Source of the DNA: an uncultured delta proteobacterium
GTDB taxonomy: Bacteria; Myxococcota; Myxococcia; Myxococcales; Myxococcaceae
Reading direction: 5' to 3'
DNA length: 64,000 bases
NCBI GenBank assembly: GCA_963776345.1
Contig: CAVZMH010000016.1
Span: 544,001-608,000, forward strand
This document shows positions 18,101 to 29,251 of this stretch, piece by piece (position 1 is the first letter of the stretch; each line of letters begins with the position of its first letter). The position numbers and the translations under genes are program-made. Under the pieces are notes generated by a model that was given only the letters and a program-made list of their open reading frames with translations, had not been told where the DNA came from and ran no database searches.

Positions 18101-18207
18101 CGTCTGACCTCACCGTGGTGCATGCGGGCGGGCTGCCCTCCCACGGCCGAACACGCTGTCGGAGCAAAGGCGCTCCGCAGGGCCCACTTCACTTCTTCGA
18201 GCGCCGG

Positions 18208-18753
18208 CTAGGTGCTCGTCTTCTCCACCTGCATGAAGTCCAGCTCCACCGGGGTCGCCCGGCCGAAGATGGACACCAGCACCTTCACCCGGCCCTTGTC
18301 CGGGTTCACCTCTTCCACCGTCCCGTTGAAGTTGCTGAACGGACCGTCGATCACCCGGACGGTGTCGCCCTCCTCGAACTGCACCTTCGGCTTGGGCTTG
18401 AGCGTCCCCTCGGAGATCTGGGTGGTCAGCCGCTCCATCTCCCGGTCGGGAATCGGCGGGGGCTGCTCGTTCGCCGCCGCCCCGATGAACCCGGTCACCT
18501 TCGGCGTGTTCTTCACCAGGTGCCAGGTCCGGTCGTTCATCTCCATCTGCACCAGGATGTAGCCGGGGAGGAACTTCCGCTTGGAGGTCTTCTTCTCCCC
18601 CTTCACCATCTCCACCACCTGCTCCACCGGGATCAGGATCTCGCCGAACGAGTCCTGGAGACCCTCCATCCGGATCTTCTCCTCGAGGCTCTTCTTCGCC
18701 TTGTTCTCGAAGCCCGAGTAGGTGTGGACCGCGTACCAGCGCTTGTCGGCCAT
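18208..18753 (-). CDS. nusG: Transcription termination/antitermination factor NusG
   Basis: [40 protein letters not shown]. Confidence 0.97.
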   Translation of the reverse strand: MADKRWYAVHTYSGFENKAKKSLEEKIRMEGLQDSFGEILIPVEQVVEMVKGEKKTSKRKFLPGYILVQMEMNDRTWHLVKNTPKVTGFIGAAANEQPPPIPDREMERLTTQISEGTLKPKPKVQFEEGDTVRVIDGPFSNFNGTVEEVNPDKGRVKVLVSIFGRATPVELDFMQVEKTST

Positions 18754-19196
18754 CACAGCTTCCCCCACAGGGCGGGCAGCCACTCCACCATCAGCTTGTA
18801 GGACAGCGTGTCGATGGCGAAGAGCACCACGCCCGCCACCAGCGAGGCCACCACCACCGCCACCGTCGAGACCCGCGTCTCCGCGAGGCCGGGCCAGGTC
18901 ACCCGCATCAGCTCCGAGGCGGTCTCGAACGCCAGGTGCCGCACCTTGGAGCTCGCCCAGGCCGCGCCGAGCAGCGCCCCGGTGATCGCCACCGCCACCA
19001 GCGAGCTGTAGGTCCACTCCTCCGCGCCCTCGATCAGCGGCCGGTCCGGCAGCCCCACCGCCACCCAGACCGGGCCGATGACGTGCTTCAGGAACAGCAC
19101 CAGCACGATCGCCAGGCAGAGCGTGAAGATGACCACCAGCCGCTCGGGGGTCATCGCCGAGCGGTTGGCTACCGTCGTTGCGTCGTTGGCTGCCAT
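18753..19196 (-). CDS. secE: Preprotein translocase SecE (3-TM form)
   Basis: ELMRVTWP motif followed by a TM segment; located between tRNA-Trp and nusG. Confidence 0.92.
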   Translation of the reverse strand: MAANDATTVANRSAMTPERLVVIFTLCLAIVLVLFLKHVIGPVWVAVGLPDRPLIEGAEEWTYSSLVAVAITGALLGAAWASSKVRHLAFETASELMRVTWPGLAETRVSTVAVVVASLVAGVVLFAIDTLSYKLMVEWLPALWGKL

Positions 19197-19227
19197 GGCG
19201 TCTTTGGTCCCGTGCGGGTGCTCGAAA

Positions 19228-19303
19228 TGGCAGGCCAGGAGGGATTCGAACCCCCAACACGCGGTTTTGGAGACCGCTGCTCTACCATTGGAGCTACTGG
19301 CCT
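19228..19303 (-). tRNA. tRNA-Trp(CCA)
   Basis: Cloverleaf AGGCCAG...CTGGCCT-G-CCA, anticodon loop CTCCAAA, TTCGAAT T-loop. Confidence 0.96.
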
Positions 19304-19317
19304 AGAACTGCCCTGCG

Positions 19318-19482
19318 TCAGACCTTTCCTTCCTTGTGGTCCGTGTGCTTCCGGCACCAGGGGCAGAACTTGCTCAGCTCGAGCTTGTCCTGGCTCTTCC
19401 GCCGGTTCTTGGTCGTCGAGTAGTTCCGGCGCTTACACACCGGGCACTCGAGCGAGATGATGCTCCTGTTTCCCTTCGGCAT
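19318..19482 (-). CDS. rpmG: 50S ribosomal protein L33, zinc-ribbon (C+) form, 54 aa; absent from the ORF track
   Basis: Manual translation [54 protein letters not shown]. Confidence 0.95.
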   Translation of the reverse strand: MPKGNRSIISLECPVCKRRNYSTTKNRRKSQDKLELSKFCPWCRKHTDHKEGKV

Positions 19483-19594
19483 GACTTCCTCGTTCTCCTG
19501 AACGGCACGGAGGGGAAAGCCACCTGCTCACGCGGTGGCCCTCCCCTCCGAGAGGCCAGACAGCCCCGGCTTCCCGGGGCCGGACATCCTACTC

Positions 19595-20785
<1,191 letters not shown>

Positions 20786-20814
20786 TGTGCTCCTCTATCT
20801 CCTCGAACCTCGAA

Positions 20815-20890
<76 letters not shown>

Positions 20891-20921
20891 TTGCTGCTGG
20901 TCTGTCGCTCCGCCTTCGTGT

Positions 20922-20997
<76 letters not shown>

Positions 20998-21018
20998 CTG
21001 CTGCTCCTCGTGCCTGGT

Positions 21019-21102
<84 letters not shown>

Positions 21103-21165
21103 ATGACTGGTCTCGTACGCCGGCTGCTGCCGCTCTCCTCTCCTACGCCGTCCTGATCGCCTCCT

Positions 21166-21238
21166 GGCCGGCGGCGGGGGTCGAACCCGCGACCTACTGA
21201 TTACAAATCAGTTGCTCTACCTGCTGAGCTACACCGGC
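21166..21238 (-). tRNA. tRNA-Thr(TGT)
   Basis: GCCGGTG...CGCCGGC, anticodon loop TTTGTAA; CCA not encoded in register. Confidence 0.93.
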
Positions 21239-21295
21239 AAGCAGCTCGCCGTGGCCCCCAGGGTACACTTCGCCAGGGCCCCGGAAGGGCTGGGC

Positions 21296-21325
21296 CTTTT
21301 ATGGGACGGACTTGGCCGGAGTCAA
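21296..21325 (-). promoter_or_regulatory. Putative sigma70 promoter of the tRNA-tuf operon
   Basis: TTGACT with CATAAAAG starting 16 nt later (-10 at N16 or N18), about 60 nt before the first tRNA. Confidence 0.5.
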
Positions 21326-22086
21326 GGCGAACGCCCGGGCGCCGCCCGCTGCCGGGCCACCTCGTACAGCACCAGCGCCGCGGACACCGAGGCGTTCAGT
21401 GACGCCACCCGTCCGGCCATCGGAATGCGCAGGCGCAGGTCGCAGTGCTTCAGCACTCCGGGTCGCACCCCCGACCCCTCCGCCCCGATGACCACGGCCA
21501 GGGGGCCGTCCAGCCGGGCGTCCCACAGCGCCTGGTCCCCCTCGGGGTCCGCCGCCGCCACCCAGAGCCCCGCCGCCTTGAGCTCCTCCAGCGCCCGGGA
21601 GAGGTTGGTGACCCGCACCACCGGCACGTGCTCCACCGCCCCGGCCGAGGCCCGCGCCACCGTGGCCGTCACCCCCACGGAGCGGTCCTTCGGGAGCACC
21701 ACCCCGTGCACCCCCAGCGCGTCCGCCGAGCGGATGACGGCGCCCAGGTTGTGCGGGTCCTGGACCCCATCCAGCACCACCACCAGCGGCGGACGCCCCG
21801 AGGCATTCGCCGCGGCAAGCAGGTCCTCGAGCCCGGCGTAGGCGAACTCGCGCAGCCGCGCCGCCACGCCCTGGTGCACCCCACCCTCCACCATCGCCTG
21901 GAGCCGCTCGCGGGGAACGCGTTCCACCTTCACCTGCGCCTCGCGGGCCCGGGAGAGGATCTCCGCGGCGGCACGCGGCGGCACGCTCCCCTCCAGCACG
22001 TAGATCCGCTCCACGTCGCCCGGGTGCGCGCGCAGTGCCTCCAGCACCGGGTGGATGCCGTGCACCGTCCGGCTCTCCCCCGGCAT
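21322..22086 (-). CDS. rlmB: 23S rRNA Gm2251 methyltransferase (SpoU/TrmH family)
   Basis: HQGVAA, LDGVQDPHNLGAVIRSA, GAEGSG, SLNASVSA. Confidence 0.93.
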   Translation of the reverse strand: MPGESRTVHGIHPVLEALRAHPGDVERIYVLEGSVPPRAAAEILSRAREAQVKVERVPRERLQAMVEGGVHQGVAARLREFAYAGLEDLLAAANASGRPPLVVVLDGVQDPHNLGAVIRSADALGVHGVVLPKDRSVGVTATVARASAGAVEHVPVVRVTNLSRALEELKAAGLWVAAADPEGDQALWDARLDGPLAVVIGAEGSGVRPGVLKHCDLRLRIPMAGRVASLNASVSAALVLYEVARQRAAPGRSP

Positions 22087-22094
22087 CGGCTGGG

Positions 22095-22532
22095 CTACTC
22101 CGCCGTCACCGGGACCGAGAGCGTCTTCTGCTGCCGGAGGCAGGCCTCCGCGGTGCAGACGAAGAACGTCAGCTTCGCCTCCACCGTCCCCGCCCCCTTG
22201 CCCTGGACCGCGAGCGGCACCTCGAAGCGCGGGTCGGGGTACTTCACGGCGGGCGAGGCCTTCCGCACCGAGTCGCCGTAGACGAGCTGGGTCTTCTCCG
22301 GCATCACCGGGCCGGTGCCCGAGAGCTGGATCCGGAGCGGCGCCTCGTCCGAGACGTGCGCGCCCTTGAGGCTCTGGATCTCCAGCACCAGGGTGCCCTT
22401 CTTGCCCGCCGCCACGCGCGCCGTCGTGCCCTCGGTGGTCAGCCGGTAGAGCGTGGTCGGATCCACCTCGGCGGCCAGCGCCAGCGAGGCGACGAGCGCT
22501 CCAGCCATCAGGGTCAGTCTCGAAAGCCGCAT
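22095..22532 (-). CDS. Secreted protein resembling a stand-alone DsbD N-terminal (Ig-like, CxxxxC) domain
   Basis: Signal peptide ending ALA; C-terminal LTFFVCTAEACLRQ. Confidence 0.6.
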   Translation of the reverse strand: MRLSRLTLMAGALVASLALAAEVDPTTLYRLTTEGTTARVAAGKKGTLVLEIQSLKGAHVSDEAPLRIQLSGTGPVMPEKTQLVYGDSVRKASPAVKYPDPRFEVPLAVQGKGAGTVEAKLTFFVCTAEACLRQQKTLSVPVTAE

Positions 22533-22547
22533 CGACCGGTCACCCTA

Positions 22548-23513
22548 TCAAGAAGCCCCGGCCCGCTTCATCGCGCGAGGCGCCGGGTGCGCCCGCCTGG
22601 ACATCGCCGGCAGCGGGGAAGGGTCGAGCGCCGGGGGCCGCTCTCGGGCCAGCTGCTCGGCCCGGACGATGACCGGGGTGGCGAGGTCCTCCCCCACCGC
22701 TTTCTCCATCTCGGCCAGGCCGGGGCTGGAGTGCACCTCGAAGATCTTGAGTCGCCCCCGCACGTCGAGCATGTCCACCGCCGCCACCTCGAGGCCGATC
22801 AGCCGCGCGGCCTCGGTCGCCACCCGCCGCTGCGCATCGGTCAGGGGGATGCGCTCGAACCGCGCGCCCCGGTTCAGGGTGTGGGCGAGGCGGTTCATCC
22901 GCGGCCGGCGCCGCACCGCCGCCAGCGGCGTCCCGCCGACGACCAGCACCCGCACGTCCCGGCCCGCCTTCCGCACGTACTCCTGGATCAGGAGGTTGTG
23001 GCCGAGCCCGAGGATGGCCTCCAGCGCCGCCTCCAGCGAGTTGAGCGTCTCGCAGACCATCACCCCGCGCTCGTCGCCGCCGCCGAGCAGCTTCACCAGG
23101 ACCGGCACCCCGCCGACGAGCTGCACCATCGCCTTGAGGTCCCCGGCGCTCCTCGCCATCACCGTGGCCGGGACCGAGATGCCGTGCGCCGACAGCAGCT
23201 GCAGGCAGCGCATCTTGTTCCGTGCCTGCGCGATGGCGGCGGCGGTGTTCATCACCGGCACGCCCAGCATCCCGTACTGGTTCACCACCGCCAGGCCGTA
23301 GCTGGTGATGGACTGGGCGATGCGCGGGAGCACCACGTCCGGGAGCGCGAGCCGTCGCCGCCGGTAGAGAAGGTGTCCGCGCGCCCCGTCGAGGTGCATC
23401 TCCACCTGCACCGGGTCCAGCACCCGCACCGAGTGCCCGCGCGCCCGCGCCGCGGCCACCAGCCGGGCGGTGGACGGCACCGAGACGGAGCGCGAGAGGA
23501 TCGTCAGTCGCAC
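22548..23513 (-). CDS. RimK-family ATP-grasp ligase
   Basis: VLPRIAQSIT, QARNKMRCLQLL, IQEYV...DVRVLVVG, EVHSSPG. Confidence 0.85.
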   Translation of the reverse strand: MRLTILSRSVSVPSTARLVAAARARGHSVRVLDPVQVEMHLDGARGHLLYRRRRLALPDVVLPRIAQSITSYGLAVVNQYGMLGVPVMNTAAAIAQARNKMRCLQLLSAHGISVPATVMARSAGDLKAMVQLVGGVPVLVKLLGGGDERGVMVCETLNSLEAALEAILGLGHNLLIQEYVRKAGRDVRVLVVGGTPLAAVRRRPRMNRLAHTLNRGARFERIPLTDAQRRVATEAARLIGLEVAAVDMLDVRGRLKIFEVHSSPGLAEMEKAVGEDLATPVIVRAEQLARERPPALDPSPLPAMSRRAHPAPRAMKRAGAS

Positions 23514-23614
23514 GACGCCGGCGACGGTATGACCCGGGCGCCCGCGGCGGCAAGCAGCGGGTGGAGGGTGACCGGCCCGGGGCCCGGATCAGCGGGGCGC
23601 TGCGTCGACGGCAC

Positions 23615-24949
23615 TCAGATGACGTTCAGGACCCGGATCTGCACGTTGACCGGGTTCGCCGCGGTCGACGCCTTCAGCTGCTCGCAGATCGGCTTCCCCG
23701 CCACGAACTCGACCGCGGGGCCGGGCTGGCCCGTCACCGAGGTCGTCTGCCCGGGCGGGACGTAGACCCAGGTGTCCGCGCCAGGCTGGATGGACTGACC
23801 GTTCACCAGCACGCTGAGGAGCGAGACGTCGGTCGGGATCTGGGTCAGGGGCCGCTCGCACACCCCCGCCACTGGCGCGGTGATCTGCTTCAGGACCTGT
23901 CCGAGACTCGAAGCGTCGTTGGCCTGGTAGTACTGCTTGGTGCACAGGCCGGTCGCCAGGTCGCAGGGGTTGTCGGACCCGCAGGGCTGGTTGGGCGTCG
24001 GGTCCTGCGCCGTCCCCGGGCACACCCGCGGCCGCTTGAAGGCGCCGGCCACGGCGATCCGCTGCAGGGTGTCGCGCGCCGAGGCAGTTCCCGTCTCCGC
24101 GCCGAACCCCACGACAAACGTCTGCACCTTTTCCCCGGCGAGGAACTGCACCGCCTTCACGGAGTTGTCGACGTCGAGGCAGCCCGCCCCGGCAAACGGG
24201 GGGATGTTTGCCGCGCAGTCGTCCACCGCGGGGCCGAACGTGCACTGACAGGCGAGCGTGCCAGCCAGGCTTGCCAGGGCCGCGTCGCAGTTGGGCAGCC
24301 CGTCGGTGAAGAGGATGACGATCTCCTCGCGCGTCTGGTCGTTCACCAGCTCCTGGACCGTCCCCAGGAAGGCGAGGCTCGCGGCCGTCGGTGTCCCGCC
24401 ACCCGTCCCCGTGGGCCCGGGCGGGTTGCTGCTCTGGATCGTGTCCAGGCCGGCCTTGGTCGCATCGGCGGCGGCCTGCAGGGTCGCGTCGTCGTCCGAG
24501 CTCGTGGTGGGCAGCGGGCTGGTCTGCTTCGTGGCCGGGCCGCAGCCGGCGTTGTTCTCCGGCTCGGGGAAGAGCGAGAGTCCGTAACGGCCGATCAGCG
24601 GGAAGTCGGTGATGTACTTGTCGAGCGCCTTGACGAGCTCGCTCCACCGGGTGGGGCACACCGAGGTGTTGCAGGGGTTCGTCTTCTGCGGATCGCCGCA
24701 GAGCGGGCCGTTGATGCCGCCGACGTGGCAGGCGGCGATCGTCGGATCGACCGGCTGGTCCATCGACCCCGACTTGTCCACCAGCAGCATGAAGTTCGGC
24801 TTGTTCGCCACGGCCTGCACGTCCACGCTGGTCTGGGTCTGCCCGATGGAGAGCGGCTTGACCGGCTCGAAGTCGTAGGTCTGGCAGGCGCTGGCTGCGA
24901 GCACGAGCGCGAGGACGGCGGCACCACGGAGGACGGGCGAGGTGGGCAT
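23615..24949 (-). CDS. cglB: Adventurous gliding lipoprotein CglB-like (vWA), copy 1
   Basis: Lipobox ASA-CQTYDFEPV, KPNFMLLVDKSGSM (MIDAS), GGTPT, TDGLPNC, Cys-rich. Confidence 0.85.
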   Translation of the reverse strand: MPTSPVLRGAAVLALVLAASACQTYDFEPVKPLSIGQTQTSVDVQAVANKPNFMLLVDKSGSMDQPVDPTIAACHVGGINGPLCGDPQKTNPCNTSVCPTRWSELVKALDKYITDFPLIGRYGLSLFPEPENNAGCGPATKQTSPLPTTSSDDDATLQAAADATKAGLDTIQSSNPPGPTGTGGGTPTAASLAFLGTVQELVNDQTREEIVILFTDGLPNCDAALASLAGTLACQCTFGPAVDDCAANIPPFAGAGCLDVDNSVKAVQFLAGEKVQTFVVGFGAETGTASARDTLQRIAVAGAFKRPRVCPGTAQDPTPNQPCGSDNPCDLATGLCTKQYYQANDASSLGQVLKQITAPVAGVCERPLTQIPTDVSLLSVLVNGQSIQPGADTWVYVPPGQTTSVTGQPGPAVEFVAGKPICEQLKASTAANPVNVQIRVLNVI

Positions 24950-25113
24950 GCGCGAGGCCCGAGCATACCCGCTCGGGCGTCCGGCAGCCCATTTCGGCGC
25001 ACATCCCACATCCGCCGACCGTGCCCTTCAGCGCGCCGGTCCGACAGGGCTCGGCCCAGTCCCGAGACGCCCCGGGCTCGGGCGCCGGAGGCGGGGGGCG
25101 CCACGGCTCCAGC

Positions 25114-26388
25114 TCAGAGCACGCGGAGGATGCGGAGGTCGAGCTGCACCGGAGCCTGGGCCGTGGAGTCCTCGATGGCGGTGCACAGCGGTCCGAGGAA
25201 GCGGATCGCCGGGCCGCCATCGGCCGGGGCCACGTACTGCCAGGTGTCCGGGCCCGGCTGGTACCGGGTGCCGTTCAGCGTGAGGAGGATCAGGTCCTCG
25301 GAGGTGGGGGCCGGCGAGATGGCCCGCAGGCACGGCTCGCGGTCGAGGTTCGCGGTGATGTCTGCGAGCGCCGCGCCGAGCTCGGTGCTGTCCTCCGCCT
25401 GGTAGTACTGCCGGAGGCACACCCCGCCCTGGCACGGGTTGCTCGGCCCGCAGGGCTGGTCGTGCTGTGGACCGGGGCAGCGCCGCGGGTAGGCCCCGGC
25501 GAGCGCCAGGTCCTGGAGCACGATGGGCGCCTGCACCCCGCCGTCGCTGCCGCCCCGGGTCTCGTCCCCGAAGCCGATGACCACGAGGTGGACGCCGCGC
25601 GAGGAGAGGTCCTGCACCGCCTGCACCGTCCGGTCCTTGTCCAGGCAGTCGAAGCTCACGCTGGAGGCCGGCGGACAGCTGTCCGCCGTGGTGGTGCAGA
25701 CGCAGCTCGCCGTCGGGATGGAGCCGTTGCAGTTGGGGAGGCCATCGGTGAGCAGCAGGACGAGGTCGAGCCGGAGCGGGTTCAGCAGCGGCGTGTAGGT
25801 CGAGAAGAACTGGAGGCTCGGTCCCGTCGGCGTCGCTCCGCCGGTCCCCACGGGCCCGGGCGGGTTCTGGCTCTTCACCGAGGCCAGCGCCGTCCGCGCC
25901 GCCGTGGAGAGCGTCGAGAGGGTCGCCGCCGAGTCGTCGTTCGGGTCGGCCGGGAGGTCCACCCGCGCCGCGGTGGTGGGGACGCAGTTGGGCTGATCCA
26001 CCCCCGTGACCGGCTCGGGGAAGAAGGAGAGGCCGAACCGCACCGTCTGCGCCTGCGCCTGAAGGAACGAGTCGAGGGCCAGGCTCAGCTCGCTCCAGCG
26101 CGTCGGGCAGGTCGTCACGTTGCAGGGATTGCTCTTGGCGGTGTCACCCGAGCCGCACAGCGTCCCGTTCTGGGTGCAGGCCGGCAGCGACGGAAGGACG
26201 GGCAGATCCATCGAGCCCGACTTGTCCACCAGCACCATGACGTTCGGCTTGAACTTCTTGACCACGATCGGCGTGCTGCTCTGCTCCTGCGACACCGAGA
26301 GCGGCTCGACCGGGATGAAGTCGTAGCTCTGGCAGGCGACGGCCATGAGCAGGCAGGCGACGACGAGGGCGGACGAGCGGAAACGCAT
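25114..26388 (-). CDS. cglB: CglB-like vWA lipoprotein, copy 2
   Basis: AVA-CQSYDFIPVEP, KPNVMVLVDKSGSM, GATPT, TDGLPNC; colinear with copy 1. Confidence 0.8.
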   Translation of the reverse strand: MRFRSSALVVACLLMAVACQSYDFIPVEPLSVSQEQSSTPIVVKKFKPNVMVLVDKSGSMDLPVLPSLPACTQNGTLCGSGDTAKSNPCNVTTCPTRWSELSLALDSFLQAQAQTVRFGLSFFPEPVTGVDQPNCVPTTAARVDLPADPNDDSAATLSTLSTAARTALASVKSQNPPGPVGTGGATPTGPSLQFFSTYTPLLNPLRLDLVLLLTDGLPNCNGSIPTASCVCTTTADSCPPASSVSFDCLDKDRTVQAVQDLSSRGVHLVVIGFGDETRGGSDGGVQAPIVLQDLALAGAYPRRCPGPQHDQPCGPSNPCQGGVCLRQYYQAEDSTELGAALADITANLDREPCLRAISPAPTSEDLILLTLNGTRYQPGPDTWQYVAPADGGPAIRFLGPLCTAIEDSTAQAPVQLDLRILRVL

Positions 26389-26427
26389 CGCTGGAACGGC
26401 ACCAGCGTACCAGGCAACACCGAGGTG

Positions 26428-26820
26428 TCAGAAGGTGAGCACGCGTGCGCCCTCGGTGAGCCGCCACAGCGCTGCCAGGCCCAGCACCTCGTCCAGCACC
26501 CGCTCGGCCTCGGCCAGCGAGACGCCGGCGAGCTTGAGCATGGTGTCGCAGGCGATGCACCGGGCCCCGAGCCCGCGCGCCTCGGACAGGAGCTGCGCCG
26601 GCGGAGGCACCCCCACCCCCTCGGCCCGCGCCCCCTCGGCCATCTCGCGGTCGGACTGGGCGCGCCCGAGGTCGCCGCGGCAGAGCTGCCGCAGGGCCTC
26701 GAAGGCGAAGACGAACACCACCTCGTCCCCCAGCGCCGCCGCGGTGATGCCCATGGACGCCGCCTGGTAGGCCGGCTCGTATCCGCCGCGCTGCACGATG
26801 AACATCACCCGTCCGGCCAT
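26428..26820 (-). CDS. DsrE/DsrF-like family protein
   Basis: AAALGDEVVFVFAFEAL, ARGLGARCIACDTM; 130 aa, 3' end of ORF 26428..29496. Confidence 0.7.
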   Translation of the reverse strand: MAGRVMFIVQRGGYEPAYQAASMGITAAALGDEVVFVFAFEALRQLCRGDLGRAQSDREMAEGARAEGVGVPPPAQLLSEARGLGARCIACDTMLKLAGVSLAEAERVLDEVLGLAALWRLTEGARVLTF

Positions 26821-26854
26821 GTCCCGCCCCGAGGGTACACTCCGGCGCCATCCG

Positions 26855-27403
26855 ATGTCCCGGCTCGCTCCCGCCCTGCTGCTCGCCTGCCTCTGCACCC
26901 CGGGGTGTGCGCGCTCGGTCGGTCCGGCGCGCTCGAGCGAGGAGGCGCGGGCGCGCGTCGCCGCGCTCCTGGACGCGCCGGACGCGGGCCCACCCGAGTT
27001 CGCCGGCGTCGGCCCCGAGGCCGTCCCGGCGCTCCAGGCCGAGCTGCTGGATCCGCAGACGAGCCAGGCCCGGCGCCTCGCCGCTGCGCGCGCGCTGGCC
27101 GGGCTCCCGGGCGGGGCGGGCCTCGCCGCCCTGGGCGACGCGGTGGCCTCGCCCCGGCTCGACCCGGGGCTGCGCGACGCGGTGGCCGAGGAGCTCGGTT
27201 CGCACGATCGGGACCAGGCCGTGGCCCGTCTCGGGCCGCTGCTCGGCGCGACGGATCCGTCGATCCGGTCGGCCGCGGCGCGGGGCCTCGGGCGCGCCGG
27301 CGGGGCCGCGGCTCGCAAGTCGCTCGAGGACCGGTTAGAGCGCGAGGAGGACCCGGGGGTGCGCGAGCGGCTCCAGGCGTCCCTTGCCCAGTCCCAGCCC
27401 TGA
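26855..27403 (+). CDS. HEAT-repeat lipoprotein
   Basis: Signal with TPG-C; repeats RRLAAARALA, LRDAVAEELG, IRSAAARGLG. Confidence 0.7.
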   Translation: MSRLAPALLLACLCTPGCARSVGPARSSEEARARVAALLDAPDAGPPEFAGVGPEAVPALQAELLDPQTSQARRLAAARALAGLPGGAGLAALGDAVASPRLDPGLRDAVAEELGSHDRDQAVARLGPLLGATDPSIRSAAARGLGRAGGAAARKSLEDRLEREEDPGVRERLQASLAQSQP

Positions 27404-27405
27404 AC

Positions 27406-28104
27406 ATGCGACCCACCGTCCTCCTCTTCGACGTCGATGGCACCCTGGTCACCACCGGGGGCGTCGGCCGCCGCGCGCTGGAGATCGCCTTCGAGCGCTC
27501 CTTCGGCCGGCGCGACGCCTGCCGGAGCTTCCGGCTCGACGGGATGACCGACCGGGCCATCGTCCGGACCGGGATGCGGGCCATCGAGGTGGAGCCGACC
27601 GAGGCGCTGATCGACCAGGTGCTGGCCGACTACCTCCTGGTGCTCGCCGAGGAGGTCGCCGCCGCGCCCGACGCCTCGTACCGGGTACACGCCGGCATGG
27701 GCGAGACGCTCGACGCGGCCGGCGGGCGTCGCGAGATCGCGGTGGGCCTCGGCACCGGGAACATCCGCCAGGGCGCGCGCATCAAGCTCGAGCGGGTGGG
27801 CATCTACCACCGCTTCGCCTTCGGCGGCTTCGGGTGCGACGCCGAGGACCGCATCGCGCTCATCCGCCGTGGCGCCGAGCGCGGGGCGGCCCTGCTCGGC
27901 GCGCCGACCGAGGCGTGCCGGGTGGTCGTCATCGGCGACACCCCCAAGGACGTCGCGGCGGCGCAGTCCATCGGCGCCGAGTCCATCGGCGTGGGGACCG
28001 GGAGCTTCTCCGCCGAGCAGCTGCTCGCCGCCGGAGCGACCCGCGCCTTCGCGACACTCGCCGCCGCCGGGGCGCTCGCGGCGGTGCTCGGAGACGCCCG
28101 CTGA
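27406..28104 (+). CDS. HAD-family hydrolase
   Basis: LFDVDGTL motif I, TGN, VIGDTPKDV motif IV. Confidence 0.9.
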   Translation: MRPTVLLFDVDGTLVTTGGVGRRALEIAFERSFGRRDACRSFRLDGMTDRAIVRTGMRAIEVEPTEALIDQVLADYLLVLAEEVAAAPDASYRVHAGMGETLDAAGGRREIAVGLGTGNIRQGARIKLERVGIYHRFAFGGFGCDAEDRIALIRRGAERGAALLGAPTEACRVVVIGDTPKDVAAAQSIGAESIGVGTGSFSAEQLLAAGATRAFATLAAAGALAAVLGDAR

Positions 28105-29246
28105 CCCCGCCGCCGTCGGTCCGCGCCGCGTGGACGCTCCTCGGGAACGTGGAGGGGCTCGCCGCCCGGCTGCGCGCGGCCGCCGACGCGCTCGACGCGG
28201 GCTCCGACATCGAGGCCGGCTGGCTCCGCGGGGCGGCGGCGCTGCTCGAGCGCGGCGCGGCAGCGCGGACCTCCGCCCGGACGAGCGCGGTGTGGCTCGA
28301 GGAGCTCGGCCCGGAGGCCCGGGCCCGGAAGGCCGCGCTCCTCTCGGCCTGGGTCGCCGCGGCCGAGGCGCTCCGCGCGGCGGTGCACCTCCACGAGTCG
28401 GAGCGGGGCCCCCTGGTGGAGGCGCTGTTCCCGGAGTGGCGCGCGCCCTCGCTGCGGAGGCACGCCGACCAGGCGCTCGAGGCGGAGGCAGATCTCCAGC
28501 GCCGGCTCTGCTCCGCCTACGTCGTCCGACGGCTCGACGAGCGCGCCACCGAGACGGCGCTCCGCCCCGCCCTCGAGGCGCTCGAGGCGGCGCGCGCGGC
28601 CTGGGCGGCGGAGCGTGACCGCCTTGCCCTCGCCGGCCCGGAGGCGGACCAGGTCCGGAGCCAGCTGCTGGCGGTCGCCGTGGAGAGCGCCCGCACGCTG
28701 GACCGCGTGCGCTGGGTCGTGCGCGGCGCGCTGGCGGGCCGGCCGGAGCTTGTCGAGGCCGTGTTCCCGGGACGGGCCCGTGCGCCGGCGCCCGCCTCGG
28801 ACCCGAGCTCGGGGGACCTCGTCGAGCCGACCACACCCTCGGCGGAGGCGGACGCTCACCCGGCGCCCGGGGCCGAGGCGCCGCCGGCGCGCCCCGAGGC
28901 CGCTGGCTCCACGCCCGCGAGCCTCGCGCCGGAGCCGACGCACGTGCCTCCCCGGGTGAAGCGGCCTCGCCGCGCCCGGCCCGAGCGCTCCACGGACGCG
29001 CACTCCGTTCCCCGGCCACCGGAGGCCGCGGCGGCCGAGCCGGAGAAGGCAGCCCCGGCGACCCGCCCAGCTCGCTCCGGGCCGCCGGCGCTCGCCTCTC
29101 GCGAGTCCGGAGGCGGGCGCCGTCGGGCGGCGCGTCCCGAGAAGGGCACACCCCCGGCGCAGGACACTCCCTCGACGGCACCCGCCCGGCGCGCCTCCCC
29201 CAGGACGGGGTCTCCCGGAGGCTCGCCGCCGGCCCGCCGGAGCTGA
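28101..29246 (+). CDS. Hypothetical helical protein with Pro/Ala/Arg-rich tail (start uncertain)
   Basis: Protein-like segment of ORF 27384..29246 (GPLVEALFPEWRAPSLRRH...) filling the gap between the HAD gene and hrpB. Confidence 0.55.
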   Translation: MTPPPSVRAAWTLLGNVEGLAARLRAAADALDAGSDIEAGWLRGAAALLERGAAARTSARTSAVWLEELGPEARARKAALLSAWVAAAEALRAAVHLHESERGPLVEALFPEWRAPSLRRHADQALEAEADLQRRLCSAYVVRRLDERATETALRPALEALEAARAAWAAERDRLALAGPEADQVRSQLLAVAVESARTLDRVRWVVRGALAGRPELVEAVFPGRARAPAPASDPSSGDLVEPTTPSAEADAHPAPGAEAPPARPEAAGSTPASLAPEPTHVPPRVKRPRRARPERSTDAHSVPRPPEAAAAEPEKAAPATRPARSGPPALASRESGGGRRRAARPEKGTPPAQDTPSTAPARRASPRTGSPGGSPPARRS

Positions 29247-29251
29247 GGGCG

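Noticed and set aside
26392..26415. Sigma54-like TGGTACGCTGGTGC upstream of cglB copy 2
   Set aside because: GG-to-GC spacing is 9 nt, not the required 10.
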